Below, piece by piece: positions 27,684 through 40,681 of a DNA stretch of 64,000 nucleotides. How positions within the stretch are numbered: position 1 is the first letter of the stretch; each line of letters opens with the position of its first letter. The notes beneath the pieces are model-generated. The model saw only the letters and a program-made list of their open reading frames with translations, was not told where the DNA came from and ran no database searches. The stretch lies in the NCBI RefSeq assembly GCF_009834535.1, contig NC_045697.1:112408001-112472000 (forward strand). The letters are read 5' to 3'. The position numbers and the translations under genes were made by a program. This stretch comes from Camelus ferus (taxonomy: Eukaryota).

Positions 27684-27839
27684 GGGAGGAGGATACAGCT
27701 CAAGTGGCAGACCGCATGCTTAGCATGCATGAGGTCCTGGGTTCAATCCTTAGTACCTTCTCTAAAAGTAAATCAATACATAAACCTCCCCTACAACTCA
27801 GAAAACAAAACAAAACAAAAAAAAACCGATTTTTAAAAA
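27684..27839 (+). mobile_element. tRNA-Ala-derived SINE (vic-1-like)
   Basis: agctcaagtggcaga...gaggtcctgggttcaatcc head. Degenerate TSD aagagtaaattgcagt / aagagtaagttacaat (27668-27683, 27840-27855). Confidence 0.92.
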
Positions 27840-30543
27840 AAGAGTAAGTTACAATGATGGAAACACTCAAGTTCATAAATAATCATTCTCTCTTTGTACC
27901 ACTTGTGATTGGAATTTGTAAATTTTTCAGTATTCACACTGGAAAGGAAATATTGAAATAAATGGTAAAACAATGAATGTTTACTAAAAGGGCAAAAATA
28001 CTGTGAAATACAAATACATACAGAAGACATTTTTTCCTGATAGACTAATTACACTTATGACTCAATTAATTGCAATATTTACTGAATGAAAGAATAAATA
28101 TTTTGAAGCATTCATTACATCAAAGGATAATTATTTTTTTTCCAATCTGGGGTCTAGGTGAGTAAACAGCAATCATGAGTTACGTAATTCCAAGTTAATT
28201 TCATCAGAGTTTCTTTGCACAGGAGGCATCATGATTAGTCGTGAACACTGGCAGTTGGTGAGCATGAATACATTTTTTTGTGCCAGTTGGCTCATCCTGA
28301 TGGCTTCCCTTCTGTGTCTAGATCACACTCAGAGAAGAAATCTCTGACTTCCACAGATTGGCTCCATCAGTTTTGAATACGTTTCTTCCTGACTTTTACC
28401 TAACTTTTACCTGTCCCTCAAAATTAATTTTAAGTGTCATCTCTTCCTAATCAGATTTCCACGACTCTGCCCAGCTTGCTCCTGTCACACCACTGGGCTC
28501 ACTTCTTCCATCACATTCATAAGAAAGTTCACTACGGTCAGTGAGTAACTAGGCGACCCTGACAGACGGCAAACTGCAAGCTTTCTGAGGGCAGGAACCC
28601 AAGTTGACTATACTTCATTAAAAAAAAAAAAAACAACGAAACAACCCACCTCACCCCCCCCCCAAAAAAACTCCAATATTTATTAAACAGTAAGTGCTGG
28701 GTGTGGCCACAAACATTTTCCAGATACATTATCTTATTTAATCTTCTCAACAGTTATGATGATGAAAGATAATGCAGCCCCTGCCTCAAGCTCAATAAAC
28801 ATTTGTTGACAATATTATTTGTGACAATAATATCTCTGGTGAGCCTGGGAGCATAGAGTCTAAAAAAAGCTATAAACTCCATCACCCATTTTAATAGGTG
28901 CCACTGACATTTATAACAAAGTCTAAAGGTATTTTTATTAAAAGCAGTTAATTCCTGTTAAGTTTTATGAGGGAAATATACATTTGCAATCTACATGAAG
29001 ACTTTTTATGGCCAAGACAAGGTAGTTTAACTTATGATGTTCTTAGAATGGCCCACTGAAATTTTCTTCAAAATGTGTTTACTGTTTCCATCAAAATGCG
29101 AAAATTTAAATTTTCATGGTAAGGGCTGGCTCCTCCTTCTAGGACCTAAAGTGCTATCCTTTCATTTTTTTTTCTTCCCACCTTTGGACTGGGTTTCCTG
29201 GACACCTGCCTTTATGGGAAGATAGCTGAGAGATTTGGCTTTCAAAATACTCCTGAGTCCAATTAGGCAGGTTGAAACACAGAAAGAGTAAGAGTAAGAA
29301 AAACCGGCCAGGAAATGGCATATGAGGTGCTCTTGCTAAATGAAGGATAATTGTATATTTGTGGATGTGATAGATTTTTAATTCTCCAAGTGGTCTGAAA
29401 TTGCTTGGCTATGCTCTCTGGCTGAAAACGATGTCTAGGTTGCTAAGTGCGTGAGTCATTCTCATCAGTAAAGACGCTAAGAGGGGAAGGTTGGGCAACA
29501 TTAGCAACACAGCCAATGTCCAGCAGTCCCTGCTGGTCATGTTTTTGTGTAATTTTAATTTTTTCAGTGACTGCCTTCTTTTAAATATATTGAAAACTCC
29601 TCGCTTTTATACCTATTTGATATTACATACATTAGAAAAATATAACTTACATTTCTTTTGGGGAGCGGGTTATAAATTGTCATTATCCCAATAGAATGTA
29701 TTTTAAAATTAAGGACAGGTTGGGAGACTAGTATTTTCTTTGTAATCTATGTCTTTTTAAAAACACTTAGCATTTTGATATAAGATTTTTTTGGATAACT
29801 TGATTATACAAGTGAGGAAATAATGAAAAGCCTTTAACTAGCGTCACACTTCATTTGGACTTTGATGGAATTTTATTAGACCGAACAAGCTCACCGCACA
29901 TGCCTCTGTATTTATCATCTTGTGCATGAAATAAGGACGCCAGAGGAAAAGGCATGAGAGACAAAAGGAGCACTTCAAAGGCAGGAGTCCTGATTAAGCT
30001 GATGGAATTCTATCCCCAGGTTGATTTTTGATAGGCATAAAATTCTTTGAAATTCTTATCCCAGATTCCAGCCCATCAGTCTCTGCTCCTTGCATGAATT
30101 AACTTTTAAACATTCTTTGCAAATGAGTCGCTGCATTATTCGCAGCGCGTCTTCAGCCTCTCTGCTTTCAGATGTGAGTCAAGCAACCGTGAAAAGAGAA
30201 AAGCGACTGGATTGGGGTCTCACCCCTCTCCCACTTTGCTCTCCCAGGTGCATGGTCAGTCTGGTGACAGGGCAGCCCCAGGATGTCCTGGAGCAGTAAA
30301 GACACGAGAGAGAGGGAGTCGACAGGGAGAAGCCCTCCAGCTCAGCTGACAGTCTCGAAGGATGTGGGGTCATCAGACAAGATAAAACTCAAGTCTCCTC
30401 GCATCCCCTGCGAGGCGCCCCAGTGTTGATCCGAAATGCAGGAGCTCTCAGCTCATGCACACATTGTGTCTTTGTTCTACAAAAGGTTCTTGGATATGTA
30501 ACCTGCACCCACCGGACACAGTCTGCTCACTAAAAGCTAGAGA

Positions 30544-30960
30544 TGTCTTAGCTTGGCTGCTGTAATGAAATACCATATGGCTTAAGCAACAGAAATTTAC
30601 TTTCTCACAGTTTTGGTGAGGGTAGGGGGGTGTCCAAGGTCAGGGTCCCAGGATAGTGGTGTCTGGGGAGGGCCCTCCTCTTGGCTTACAGACTGCCTGT
30701 ATCCCCCCATGTCCTCACATGGCAGGGGTGGAGGGGAGGGGACACTGGGGGTCCAGAGAGAGAGACAGAGACAGTTGGACAGCTCTCCCCTGACTCTCTC
30801 TCTCTTTTTTTTTTTTCCCCATGTCTCTTCTTATAAGGTTGCTAATCCTATCGGATCAGGACTCCACCCTTATGATCACATTTAACCTTAATCATCCCAC
30901 AGAGACTTCATCTCCAAATACAGTCACATTGGGGGATGGGGCTTACTTTGGGCCATAACA
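30544..30960 (-). mobile_element. MLT1A-type (MaLR) solo LTR
   Basis: tgtcttagcttggctgctgtaatgaaatacc...tctccaaatacagtcacattggggg...ccataaca; TG..CA termini. Confidence 0.85.
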
Positions 30961-31809
30961 GTAGATATATAGTAGTAATTGTCTCTGGCTCAAATCCTTG
31001 ATCAGAAAAACTACCGGAACCACAACTTAGACTATCTCCCAAATCCTTGAGTCTTACATGTGCTCTGTGCATTTCCAGGCATTGATGGATTGCCTGCTGT
31101 TGATTATTTCCAGTCTTTTCTACATTTTACTGACGTTGGGACTCCACTTCTAGCCATAGCCAGGCTTCCTTCTCATCTTGGCATTATTCTGGTTCTTCAC
31201 ACTTTCTTCTGATAGTGGAGTGCATCAGGGAGGAAGAGATCAGGGAGGGTCTTATCTCATTGCTATTTACTTATTAAAGTAAGAGACATTTTATTTACAG
31301 AATAATGCTGCTCCTCATTACACATATTATTTCATGTTATCTTTACAAAAACACTCTATGATAGAATTATCTGTATATGAGATTCATGACTTCTTTTGGA
31401 TGGTACAGTCAGAAACCAGTGGAGCCATGACTCAAACCTGTGTTCAGATTCATTCAAAGCCTTGAGTAGTCTCTCACTCCACAGAGGTTTCTCTACCTTG
31501 CCAGCAAATTAAAGAATTACTGAACCATTATTTTCTGACACCACCACAGTGGTACACACTTGAACCACAAATTATTTGTGTCTGTAACTTAGTGTACAAC
31601 TCACTTATTTCCATCACTAAAATTGTTGCTAACATTTGGCGCTTCTTTGTGTACATTACCTTTCTGTATCATCTCTGAATGTAGATGAAATTCATCAGGG
31701 CTTCTCTTTACTGGCTGGATCTGAATGTCTTAGTATATTTCATAATGTGCATAAAATTCTCATGTTACCTTTTTATTAGATACAGGATCTGAGTTATGTA
31801 ACTTATATC

Positions 31810-33245
31810 ATTCCTGATATTGGTAATTTGTATTTTCTCTATTTTTCCTGATCAATCCAGGTAGAGGTTTACCTCTATTATTAATATTTTCAAAGTATCA
31901 GCTTTTAGTTCATGGATTTTTAATTTTTTCATTTATTTTCTGTTTTATTGTTTTTCCTTTAATATTTTTTCTTTTGTTATTAAACTACAGTTGGTTTACA
32001 ATGTTGTATCAATTTCTGATGTACAGCATAATGTTGCAATCATACATATACATACATATATTCATTTTCATATTCTTTTTCATTATAAGCTACTGAAATG
32101 TGTTGAATCCCTGTGCTATCCAGTAGAAACTTGTTTATCTATTTTATATATAGTAGTTAGTATCTGCAAATCTTGGACTCCTAATTTATCCCTTCCCAAC
32201 CACTTTATTTATGATTACCAGGGAGGTAGTAACCATAAATTTGTTTTCTATATCTGTGAGTTTATTTCTGTTTTGTAAATAAGTTCATTTGTGTCAAATA
32301 AGTGATATGTGGTATTTTTCTTTCTCTTTCTGGTTTACTTCACTTAGAATGGCAATCTTCTGGTCCATCCATGTTGCTGTAAATGGCATTATTTTGTTCT
32401 TTTTTATGGCTGAGTAGTATTCCACTGTATAAATATATCACAACTTCTTTATCCAATCATTTGTCAATGGACATTTAGGTCATTTCCATGTCTTGGCTAT
32501 TGTATATAGTGCTGCTATGAACATTAGGGTAAATGTATTGTTTTGAATTTCCTCTGGATATATGCCCAGGAGTGGGATTGCATTCCTTTAGTATTATTTT
32601 CTTTATTCTGCTTCTTTTGGGTTTAATTTGCTTTTGTTTTTCTCATTTCTTAAGGAAGAAGTGAGGTCTTTGATTTGAGATCTTTTTTTTCCCTTTTCTA
32701 CCTTTTCTAATATAGGTATCTAGTGCTATACATTTCCCCTAGTATTCTCCCAAATTTTGATATATTTTTGTTTCATTTTCTTTCAGTTCAATATATGTTC
32801 TAATTTTCCTTTTGATTTCCTCTTTGGCTGATGGGTTATTTAGAAATGTATTATTTAGTTTCCAAATGCTTATGAACTTTCCAGATATCTTTGTTCTATT
32901 GATTTTTTAATTTCATTTCATTGTGGTCTGAGAGCATACTTTGTATATGGTAAATCTTTTCTTTGAGACTTATTTTGTCACCCAGATCTATCTTGTAAAT
33001 GTTCCATATTAAATTTTCAAAATATATTTATATTTTATTTTTTTTGGTGAATTTGGTGAAGTGTACTACAAATGTCAACAAGATCAGGTTGGTTCATAAG
33101 ATCATTTAAATGTGCAATGTACTCATTAATTTTCTGATTGTTTGATTTGTTCAAAGAAGATACTGAAATCTTCAACTAAGTCTTAATTTGTCTGTTTCTC
33201 CTTCCAGTTCTATAAGTTTTTGCATTATGTACTTTGAAATTTCAA
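31810..33245 (-). mobile_element. Old L1 ORF2-region fragment, split by a younger L1
   Basis: T-rich old-L1 antisense motifs (tcagcttttagtttcatggatt, cattgtggtctgagagcatacttt) on both sides of the insertion. Confidence 0.7.
31967..32582 (-). mobile_element. 5'-truncated L1 3' end nested in old L1
   Basis: L1 3'UTR/ORF2 end. TSD ttccttta(a/g)tatt at 31954-31966 and 32583-32595. Confidence 0.9.
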
Positions 33246-33299
33246 GTTGTCCTGTCTTTTCTGTTTTTATTTTCTCTCCTTCTTGACTTCTCTTGGATT

Positions 33300-35510
33300 G
33301 CTGTCTTTTTCTACCCTAGTGTTTTCCTCTCCTAATTTGAAAGCCATACATAATCCTACTATTCTTTCAACAGTTACTCTAAACTCTTAATATGCACACT
33401 TTAAAGTTAAATATCAGTCAGGATCCCAACCTGCCTTCCAAACACTCCAGGGAAAATTTAATCACTTTATCTCCGATTACTTCATACCTTATTTGCATAT
33501 TATTTTGATTTTTTATTTTAGTTGTATCTTAGTTTTGAATCCCCTCAATATCATTATGACAATTTTATAAATCCTTTTTTTCCCTTTTCAAACATTACTA
33601 CATATTCAGCAGTTTGTTTGCTTTTAATTTTTTCCTGTATCTAGGATCTTCCATGTGGGGTAACTCTATTTTTGCTTGAAATACATTCTTTGCAATTTTG
33701 ATTGAGTAGTTTGGTTCATGGCAAAAATCTCTCAGTATTTCTCTAAAATTTTCTTAAATTATCCTCATTCATAAATGATGTTTTCATTCACTGGAGAATT
33801 CTACGTTGACGTCTATTTTATTGCAGCACATAGAAAAATGGAATTCCACTGTTTCTGGTGACCACTTTGCTCTTGAGACGTTAGCTGCTTCAACCATGGT
33901 CTTTTTTTTTTTTGTATGTGTCTCCTCTTTTCTCATAATTGTACTCAATATTGTTTTTTTCTTTTTTTTTTTTTTTCACTTTTCCTGCTGTGAATTTTCT
34001 GGGCTCCTGTTATCTGATACTTAGTTCTTTTGTTCATTTTGGAAAATTCTCAGCCATTGTCTCGTTACATTTTTGCCAAGATCCCAGTTATGTATTGTTG
34101 TGGGTATCTTTTTTATACCTATGAGGCAGATGTGTATGAACTGTGGTCATGACCTCCTTTGCCCTCTGGTTTCCAATGCTATTCAAAGAACCTGAGGCAC
34201 AGGCAGTGGGTCAGAGAGAGGGAGGAAAGTGGATTTGGCTGCTTACCACCATTGCTCCCTCATAGCCAGGCTGATGGACCATTTGCTGGAGCCCATGGTC
34301 CTGTCAGGCAATTGTTATCTTATAGCTGTTCTCTCTGCATTCCATCACCACTTCCTTAACTTTCCTTGCTAGTCCTTCGCTGTAGTGCTTCCCAGAGTTA
34401 CTAACCTGGGGAGACTAAAATACATCATGCCCCAGATCTATAGATGATCATTCTTAACCTCTCCCTAAACTGCCCAGTTGGACACTACTGTCCCCAATCA
34501 GACTCTGACTCATACGTGTGTGTATGACACCATCTCAGAATGTGGTACGTGGCACTGAGCCTGCCCTTCATAACTGGTATCTCTCTGTCTATCTGTGTTA
34601 CATTCTGTGTCATTCCTTCTAGCTCAAAACTTATTTCTTATCTGTTCTAATGATTTGGGGACTAAATGATTATACTTTTAACTTCTAAAAGTTCTATTTG
34701 TTTCTTTATCAAATCTGTTTGGTAATTGATTATAGCCTGTGGTTTTCTTTTTTTTTTTTTTTTCCATTTATATTTTTTTCTCCTGTTTTATGTCTTTGAA
34801 TATACAACACCTATTTCTTTTGTATGCTACCCAATGGCTCCTGAACATGGAGTCTTCATGGAGTCCGATTCTGCTGACACTTGTTTTCATGGCCTCTTGC
34901 TCCTGCTTTGTTTCTATTAGTGTCTCATGCTTTCTGAGTGTGAGTTCCTATTTCTTAGAAATTAATTTATGGACCTTTTCTGAGATAGTTTCCTCTGAAG
35001 GACTGGTTTTTCCTCTTCTAGGTCTCTCAGTGAACTAGGTAATCAAGGACCACTATAATTTAAAATTCACTGTTGGAATTTATGAGGAATGGCTCATGAT
35101 TGCTCCTAATTATTGGCAACAAGGCAGGTGTGTGTAATTCATTGTTACACTGTGTTTAAGCCATTTGGTGTCCTAGATCTTTAGAGTGAATTTTTCCTTT
35201 TAGATCCTCTACTTAGGAGAGGCTCCAGGCTTTGTCTCTTAACCTTTAAGTTACATGAGGCCATGAAAACATCAGTTCAGGTTTATGAGGTCTAATAGCT
35301 GCCCTCAAAATGAAAGCTATCATCAGTGCTTCCTTTTTATTTCATACCTTCACTGAGGTTTGGCCTGAGCAATACTACTATCATAATTATTTTATTATTA
35401 TTTTAAATCTTACGATGAGATTTAAAAATATGCATTGCTAAATGGTATTCAGCATTCATAATTGTTTCCAGTGGAATGGTCACTTAGTACCTGGTTAGCC
35501 AAAATGCTGG
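33300..35510 (-). mobile_element. HAL1 or very old L1-like fragments
   Basis: Highly degenerate T-rich motifs (ggcaaaaatctctcagt, ttttggaaaattctcagccatt, ttctaaaagttctatttgtttcttt). Confidence 0.45.
34120..34516 (+). mobile_element. LTR33-like (ERVL) LTR
   Basis: ctcctttgccctctggtttcca...gagggaggaaagtg and terminal gactctgactcatac resemble the LTR33 group. Confidence 0.5.
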
Positions 35511-36182
35511 GAACAGTAGCCATCATTTTATTCTTACCCTTTTGTCACTTTGTGTGGCATGTGTTGTTTTTAAGAGCATAAAGTTAATTTTACTTTTACT
35601 GAACCTGAGATTTCGTGTCTCTTAATTGCGTGATCTGTCTTATGTTATCTTGTTACATGCTCTCTGATCTTTAAAATTCTTTACTTGGGTTAGAATTTAA
35701 AGGTTTCACGGAGAAGGGGAGTCTCCAGCTGAATTGTGGTGGAAGCGTACCTGTCAGTTGGAGTTTTGTAATGAGAGAAGAATGAAAGAGCCCCAGCTGT
35801 TAGTGGTTGAAGTCCTATGTTCATTTTGGATCATGCTGTTTCCCTTATGTTAAAAGTAGCACATAAAAAATGATATCCTAGCCAGATTTTTTTTTTCATA
35901 TTAGTTACCTTCCTAAGCAATGTATTTTTTTGATAATGGATATTTTATGATCCTTCAAGTATGAAACCTTTCCTAATTTTAATATTCACATCATCAATCT
36001 AAAACCAGACTATAATAGTGAAATTTTAATATATATTTCATATGAAATAAGGAATTTGAAAAGTAAGAAAGTCTGTAGGACTTATCTGTAATTTGGATGG
36101 CTGATGAAATTCGCATTTCATACCACTTAACAATAATAATAAACACAATGGTAGTGGCTGTCTTAAGTAGAATATTAAGAGG

Positions 36183-36657
36183 CTCAGCCATAAAAAAGAA
36201 TAAAATAACGCCATTTACAGCAACATGGGTTGACCTGGAGATCGTCATTCTAAGTGAAATAAGCCAGAAAGAGAAAGAAAAATACTATATGGTATCACTT
36301 ATATGTGGAATCTAAAAAAAACACAAACGCTTGTATTCACAAAACAGAAACAGACACCACACAGACATAGAGAACAGACTCATGGTTACCGGGGGTGGGG
36401 TGGGGAGAAGGATACGTTGGGAATTCAAGATTTGCAGATACTAACTGTTGTATGTAAAATAGATAAACAACAATTTCTACTGTAGAGCACAGGAAACTGT
36501 ATTCAATCTTTTAGTAACCTATAATGAAAAAGAATATGAAAAGGAATACATGTATGTGTATGTATGGCTGAAACATTATGCTGTACACCAGAAATTGACA
36601 CAACATTGTAAACTGACTATACTTCAATTCAAAAAAGAAAAGAAAAGAGAAAAAGAA
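36183..36657 (+). mobile_element. 5'-truncated L1 3' end
   Basis: ctcagccataaaaaagaataaaataacg...aactgactatacttcaatt plus A-rich tail; ORF2 end motif TWVDLEIVILSEISQ. Confidence 0.92.
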
Positions 36658-37469
36658 GGATACTAGGGTTAGGTCCTAGCTCAGCAGGAAGGGTGTCTTG
36701 AAGGAGAAGTTGTATTTTTCAAAAGCATTTTACAGGCCCTAACACTGACTGTCACATAGTCAGTCACGGTGACTGTGCTCAGTGTGCTCATGGCTCAGAG
36801 GCGGAATAAGATGCAGAGCAGAGACATGACCTACTGAAGTCAGCAGCTCCCTGTGGCAGAGACCCGGTTTGGCTCCGAGTCTGACCCTAAGTTCACTTCT
36901 CTCTCGACTTCACTGTATTTCTTCTTAGCTTACATTTTTTTCCATGTCTAATAATTTTCCGCAGAAGTGTTTTATAAATATTTCATTTATAGCTGCTTTA
37001 CACTAATTTTACAAACTTTTCTGCGCACCTTTACAAATACCACCTGGGCTAATGCAAAGCTATTTATACTGAGAATATTCTGTCATGATTTGCAACATAA
37101 GAAAGCCCTCTTGATTACCTGGGGTGAGGAAAGTCTGTCAACTACTTTACTCATCACACTTTAAAAAACTGTCGTTCAGAATAAAGTACAGAAATGAAAT
37201 CCTAATGAATTTGTTCACTTTCATTTCTTCCTTATTTGTGTCTTTTATCTGTATTGTCTATTTTAAAAAGGGAGAAACATTTATTCCATTCAATGAAAAC
37301 ATCAGAATAAATTAAATTTGTATGTATTTATTCTAAATAGTTTTATTGTAGGGAAAACCATCTATGATGATTTATGCCATTTATTTAACAAAGATACAAT
37401 CAATATTTATACCTTTGCACCTAATCCCTAAATCTTAATAGTTTCAAGTTAACATTTTTTTAGCTTCAA

Positions 37470-37660
37470 CTATGTGTGCAGTATTTAATTAATCCTTACA
37501 TTAGCCCTGTGAGGTTAATGATTTTATTAACTATTTTGTATGAGAGCAAACTGAGACTCAGAGAGATTAAGTAATTTGGCCATAGTCCCCCAAGCAGTAG
37601 GGAAATGGACCCCAAGTCTGTTTGAATGCAGAGCCCACGTTCTCAACCACAGTGCTATAC
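37470..37660 (-). mobile_element. MIR fragment
   Basis: aatccttacattagccctgtgagg...aaactgagactcagagagattaagtaatttggcc. Confidence 0.7.
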
Positions 37661-37829
37661 TGAAATCTGAAGCACGTGAAAACTTGGCATAAAGGAGCAT
37701 AAATATTTCTAGAAATCTACGTGTAACATTTCTGTCTACTGTGATTATTATTGAGACTCAGGTTTATGAAAAGTGTGTAATCATAAGTTGGCTGCTTAAT
37801 TAATAACTTTTTTTCAGACTTAAAATTTA

Positions 37830-38466
37830 TTTTTTATTGAAGTATACTCAGTTACAGTGTGTCAACATCTGGTGATCAGCATAATGTTTCAGTCATACAT
37901 ATACATACATATGTTCATTTCCATATTCTTTTTCATTATAGGTTACTATAAGAAATTGAATGTAATTCCCTGTGCTATACAGAAGAAACTTTTAAATTTA
38001 TTTTTATATATAGTAGTAAATATTTGCAAATCTTGAACTCTCAGTTTATACCTTACCACCCTCCCCCCCATACCCATAAGATTGTTTATGATGTCTGTGA
38101 GTCTCTTTTGTAGATGAGTTCATGAATGTCTTCTTTTTTCTTCTTTTTTAGATTCCACATGTGAGTATATCATATGGTATTTTTTTTTCTCTTTCTGGCT
38201 TACTTCACTTAGACTGACAATCTCCAGGTTCATCCATATTGCTGCAAATAACATTATTTTATTCTTTTTTAATGACTGAGTGGTATTCCATTGTATAAAA
38301 TACCACAGCTTCGTTATCCAGTCATCTGTCAATGGACATTTAAGTTGTTTCCATGTCTTGGCTATTGTATATAGTGCTGCTGTGAACATTGGGGTGCATG
38401 TGCCTTTTATAATTAGAGATTTTCCCATATATATGCCCAGGAGTGGGATTGCTGGATCATATGGTA
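37830..38466 (-). mobile_element. 5'-truncated L1 3' end
   Basis: ORF 38120..38488 is the L1 ORF2 C-terminus ([12 protein letters not shown]...CTPMFTAALYTIAKTWKQ). TSD cagacttaaaattta / cagacttcaaactta (37815-37829, 38467-38481). Confidence 0.95.
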
Positions 38467-38699
38467 CAGACTTCAAACTTATAAACATCTCTGTTTAGGA
38501 AATCAGATCGTATCAAAACAATTGTCCTTAAAAATAAGATCCACAATAAAAATGAAATATAATTGTAATAGTAGCTGACAAAGAGAAGAAGCAAATAAAG
38601 GAAAAAAAAATTGGCCAAATTGAGAAAAGAAACAGACAAGAACTCACACAGTTTGAGTAAAACCAACCAAAAGTTAGAAAAATCTGGAAATCTCAGATG

Positions 38700-39090
38700 A
38701 TGCATATTTATTGAATACTTTCTATTGGCCAGGCCCTATACCAGGTGGTAAGAATTTGCAGGTTGATAGGATATGTGTCTTTCTCTGAAGGAATTCACTG
38801 ATTAGTGCATAAACTCATAAACAGTTAGCAATAATGAGTGCAATCAAAGTACCTAAACAATTCCAGGGTGATAGAGAAGTGATTAATTCCACATGTGGAG
38901 GGTGAGGGGAAGGGTGGGGTAGGGCAGAGGGTGGGCAGGGGATGGAGGCAAGAGTGGGGTCTAAGCTAATCCTTTAAGGATGACATGGTCTGGCCAGGTG
39001 GATATAGGCAAGGGCATCTGAAACTGACTGTAAGGAAAAGGCACAGAAGTGATGTTCCATGTTTCAGGGAACAGTGTGATGAAACAAGGA
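38700..39090 (-). mobile_element. L2 fragment
   Basis: atatttattgaatactttcta...ccaggccctataccagg, the L2 3' end in antisense. Confidence 0.55.
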
Positions 39091-39110
39091 ACGTTTATGA
39101 TTGGAAGGAG

Positions 39111-39540
39111 TGTGTGTTTGTTTTCTATTGCTGGACAGGGCAGTGTCAAGAATCTGGCAGTTGAAAACTGTTTCGTCTCACAGTTTCCGTAGGACAGAAG
39201 TCCAGGCATGGCCTGGCTGGGTTTTCTCCTAAGGATCTCAAAAATTTAAATCAAGGTGCCAGCCAGCCTATGTTTTCATCTAGAGGCTTGACTAAGGAAA
39301 GATCTGCTTAGGTTGTGGGCAAAATTAATTCCCTTGAGGCTGTAGCATTTCTGGTAGTTTGCTTCCTTGAAGCCAGAAACAGAAATAGAATCTCTACTTG
39401 TAATCAGTGACTTTTAGATACCTTTAAAAGAGAGTCACCTGATTTGGTCAGGCTCACCCAGGATAATTATCCTTTTGATTAGTTGATTAGGTTCTTTAAA
39501 CAACATACCATGGTGGGGCAATGCTAAAATCCTGCCAGGC
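39111..39540 (-). mobile_element. MLT1E/F-type LTR
   Basis: tctcacagtttccgtaggacagaagtccaggcatggcctggctgggttttct...caggctcacccaggataat. Confidence 0.7.
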
Positions 39541-39749
39541 AAGCATTAGGTAGACTCTACCCTGGAGGCAGGGAAACATAGATCCTGGTTCTACATTGCG
39601 AGAGAAATTCCTTTATCCAGTTTTTCTCCAAGGATTCTATCTCTTTCCCTGGGAAAGTATTCCTTGTCAACTGTTCTTTTTGGCCATATCTGAACTGAAT
39701 GTCAGGAAGAACACACTTCCCAGGGGTTAATCAGGCTTCACAGGCTGCC

Positions 39750-39971
39750 TTTTTTTTTTTTTTTTTTTTGAGGTACAGTCAGTTTGCAATGTTGTGTCAG
39801 TTTCTGATGTACAGCACAATTCTTCAGTCATACATGAATATACATATATTCATTTTCATATTCTTTTTCACCAGAAGCTACTACAAGATATTGAATATAT
39901 TTCCCTGTGTTCTACAGTATAAACTTGTTTATCTATTTTATATATACCAGTCAGTATCTGCAAATCTCAAA
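39750..39971 (-). mobile_element. Short L1 3' end
   Basis: T-run + gaggtacagtcagtttgcaatg...cagtatctgcaaatctcaaa. Confidence 0.9.
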
Positions 39972-40100
39972 GTTATAGCTCAAGTGGCAGAGCGCATGCT
40001 CAGCACCCAAGAGATCAGAGGTTCAATCCCCAGTACCTCCTCCAAGGGGAAATCAATGAAGAAACCTAATAACCCCCACCCCCCTCATAAAACATGAAAA
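39972..40100 (+). mobile_element. tRNA-Ala-derived SINE lacking its first few nucleotides
   Basis: tatagctcaagtggcagagcgcatgc...ggttcaatccccagtacctcc directly abutting the L1. Confidence 0.88.
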
Positions 40101-40681
40101 GGATATTTATGGTGGAGGATGATGGGGAACAGATGGAGGAAGAGGAATTGGCAGGTATGGAAGCCTCTGGCTGGGAAGAGGCTTCTTATGGGACAGTTAG
40201 ATGGGATAATTTTGGAATTATTTCCTTCTTTCATTTTTTATATTCCATATATCAGGTTTAAATTTTCTTATAAGAATGCAAGCGCAAAATGTATAGACAT
40301 TTTTATTTTTAGGTGAATTTGTCCTCATCAAAACTCACTTATTGTGACAGCCACAAAGAACAGCACTCCTCTGATTAGGCGTTGAAATATAGGAGGAATA
40401 GGGTCTGGTTTAATCAATGAGAACATTGACTTACTTCTAAAAATGATGCCGATTAAATAGAAGTTTTAAGGATAAGAACTTGTCACTTCTATTGGGTTTT
40501 AAATATAGCATGAAGTGCATACACATACTTTCCCCATGTGCTGCTGACGAATTTAGCCTAGTGAATGTAGAACTACCAAACTCAGCGTGGCGGTGACTGA
40601 AAGATGCTTCTGAGCAGTCATCCAAGAAATCATTGGGAAACCTTCTAGAATTATCGTTGAAGTTGTATTTCTTTTCACGTG

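Noticed and set aside
39699..40097. 132-aa ORF spanning the L1/SINE chimera
   Set aside because: It reads through a poly-T tail, antisense L1 UTR and a SINE; nothing supports it as coding.
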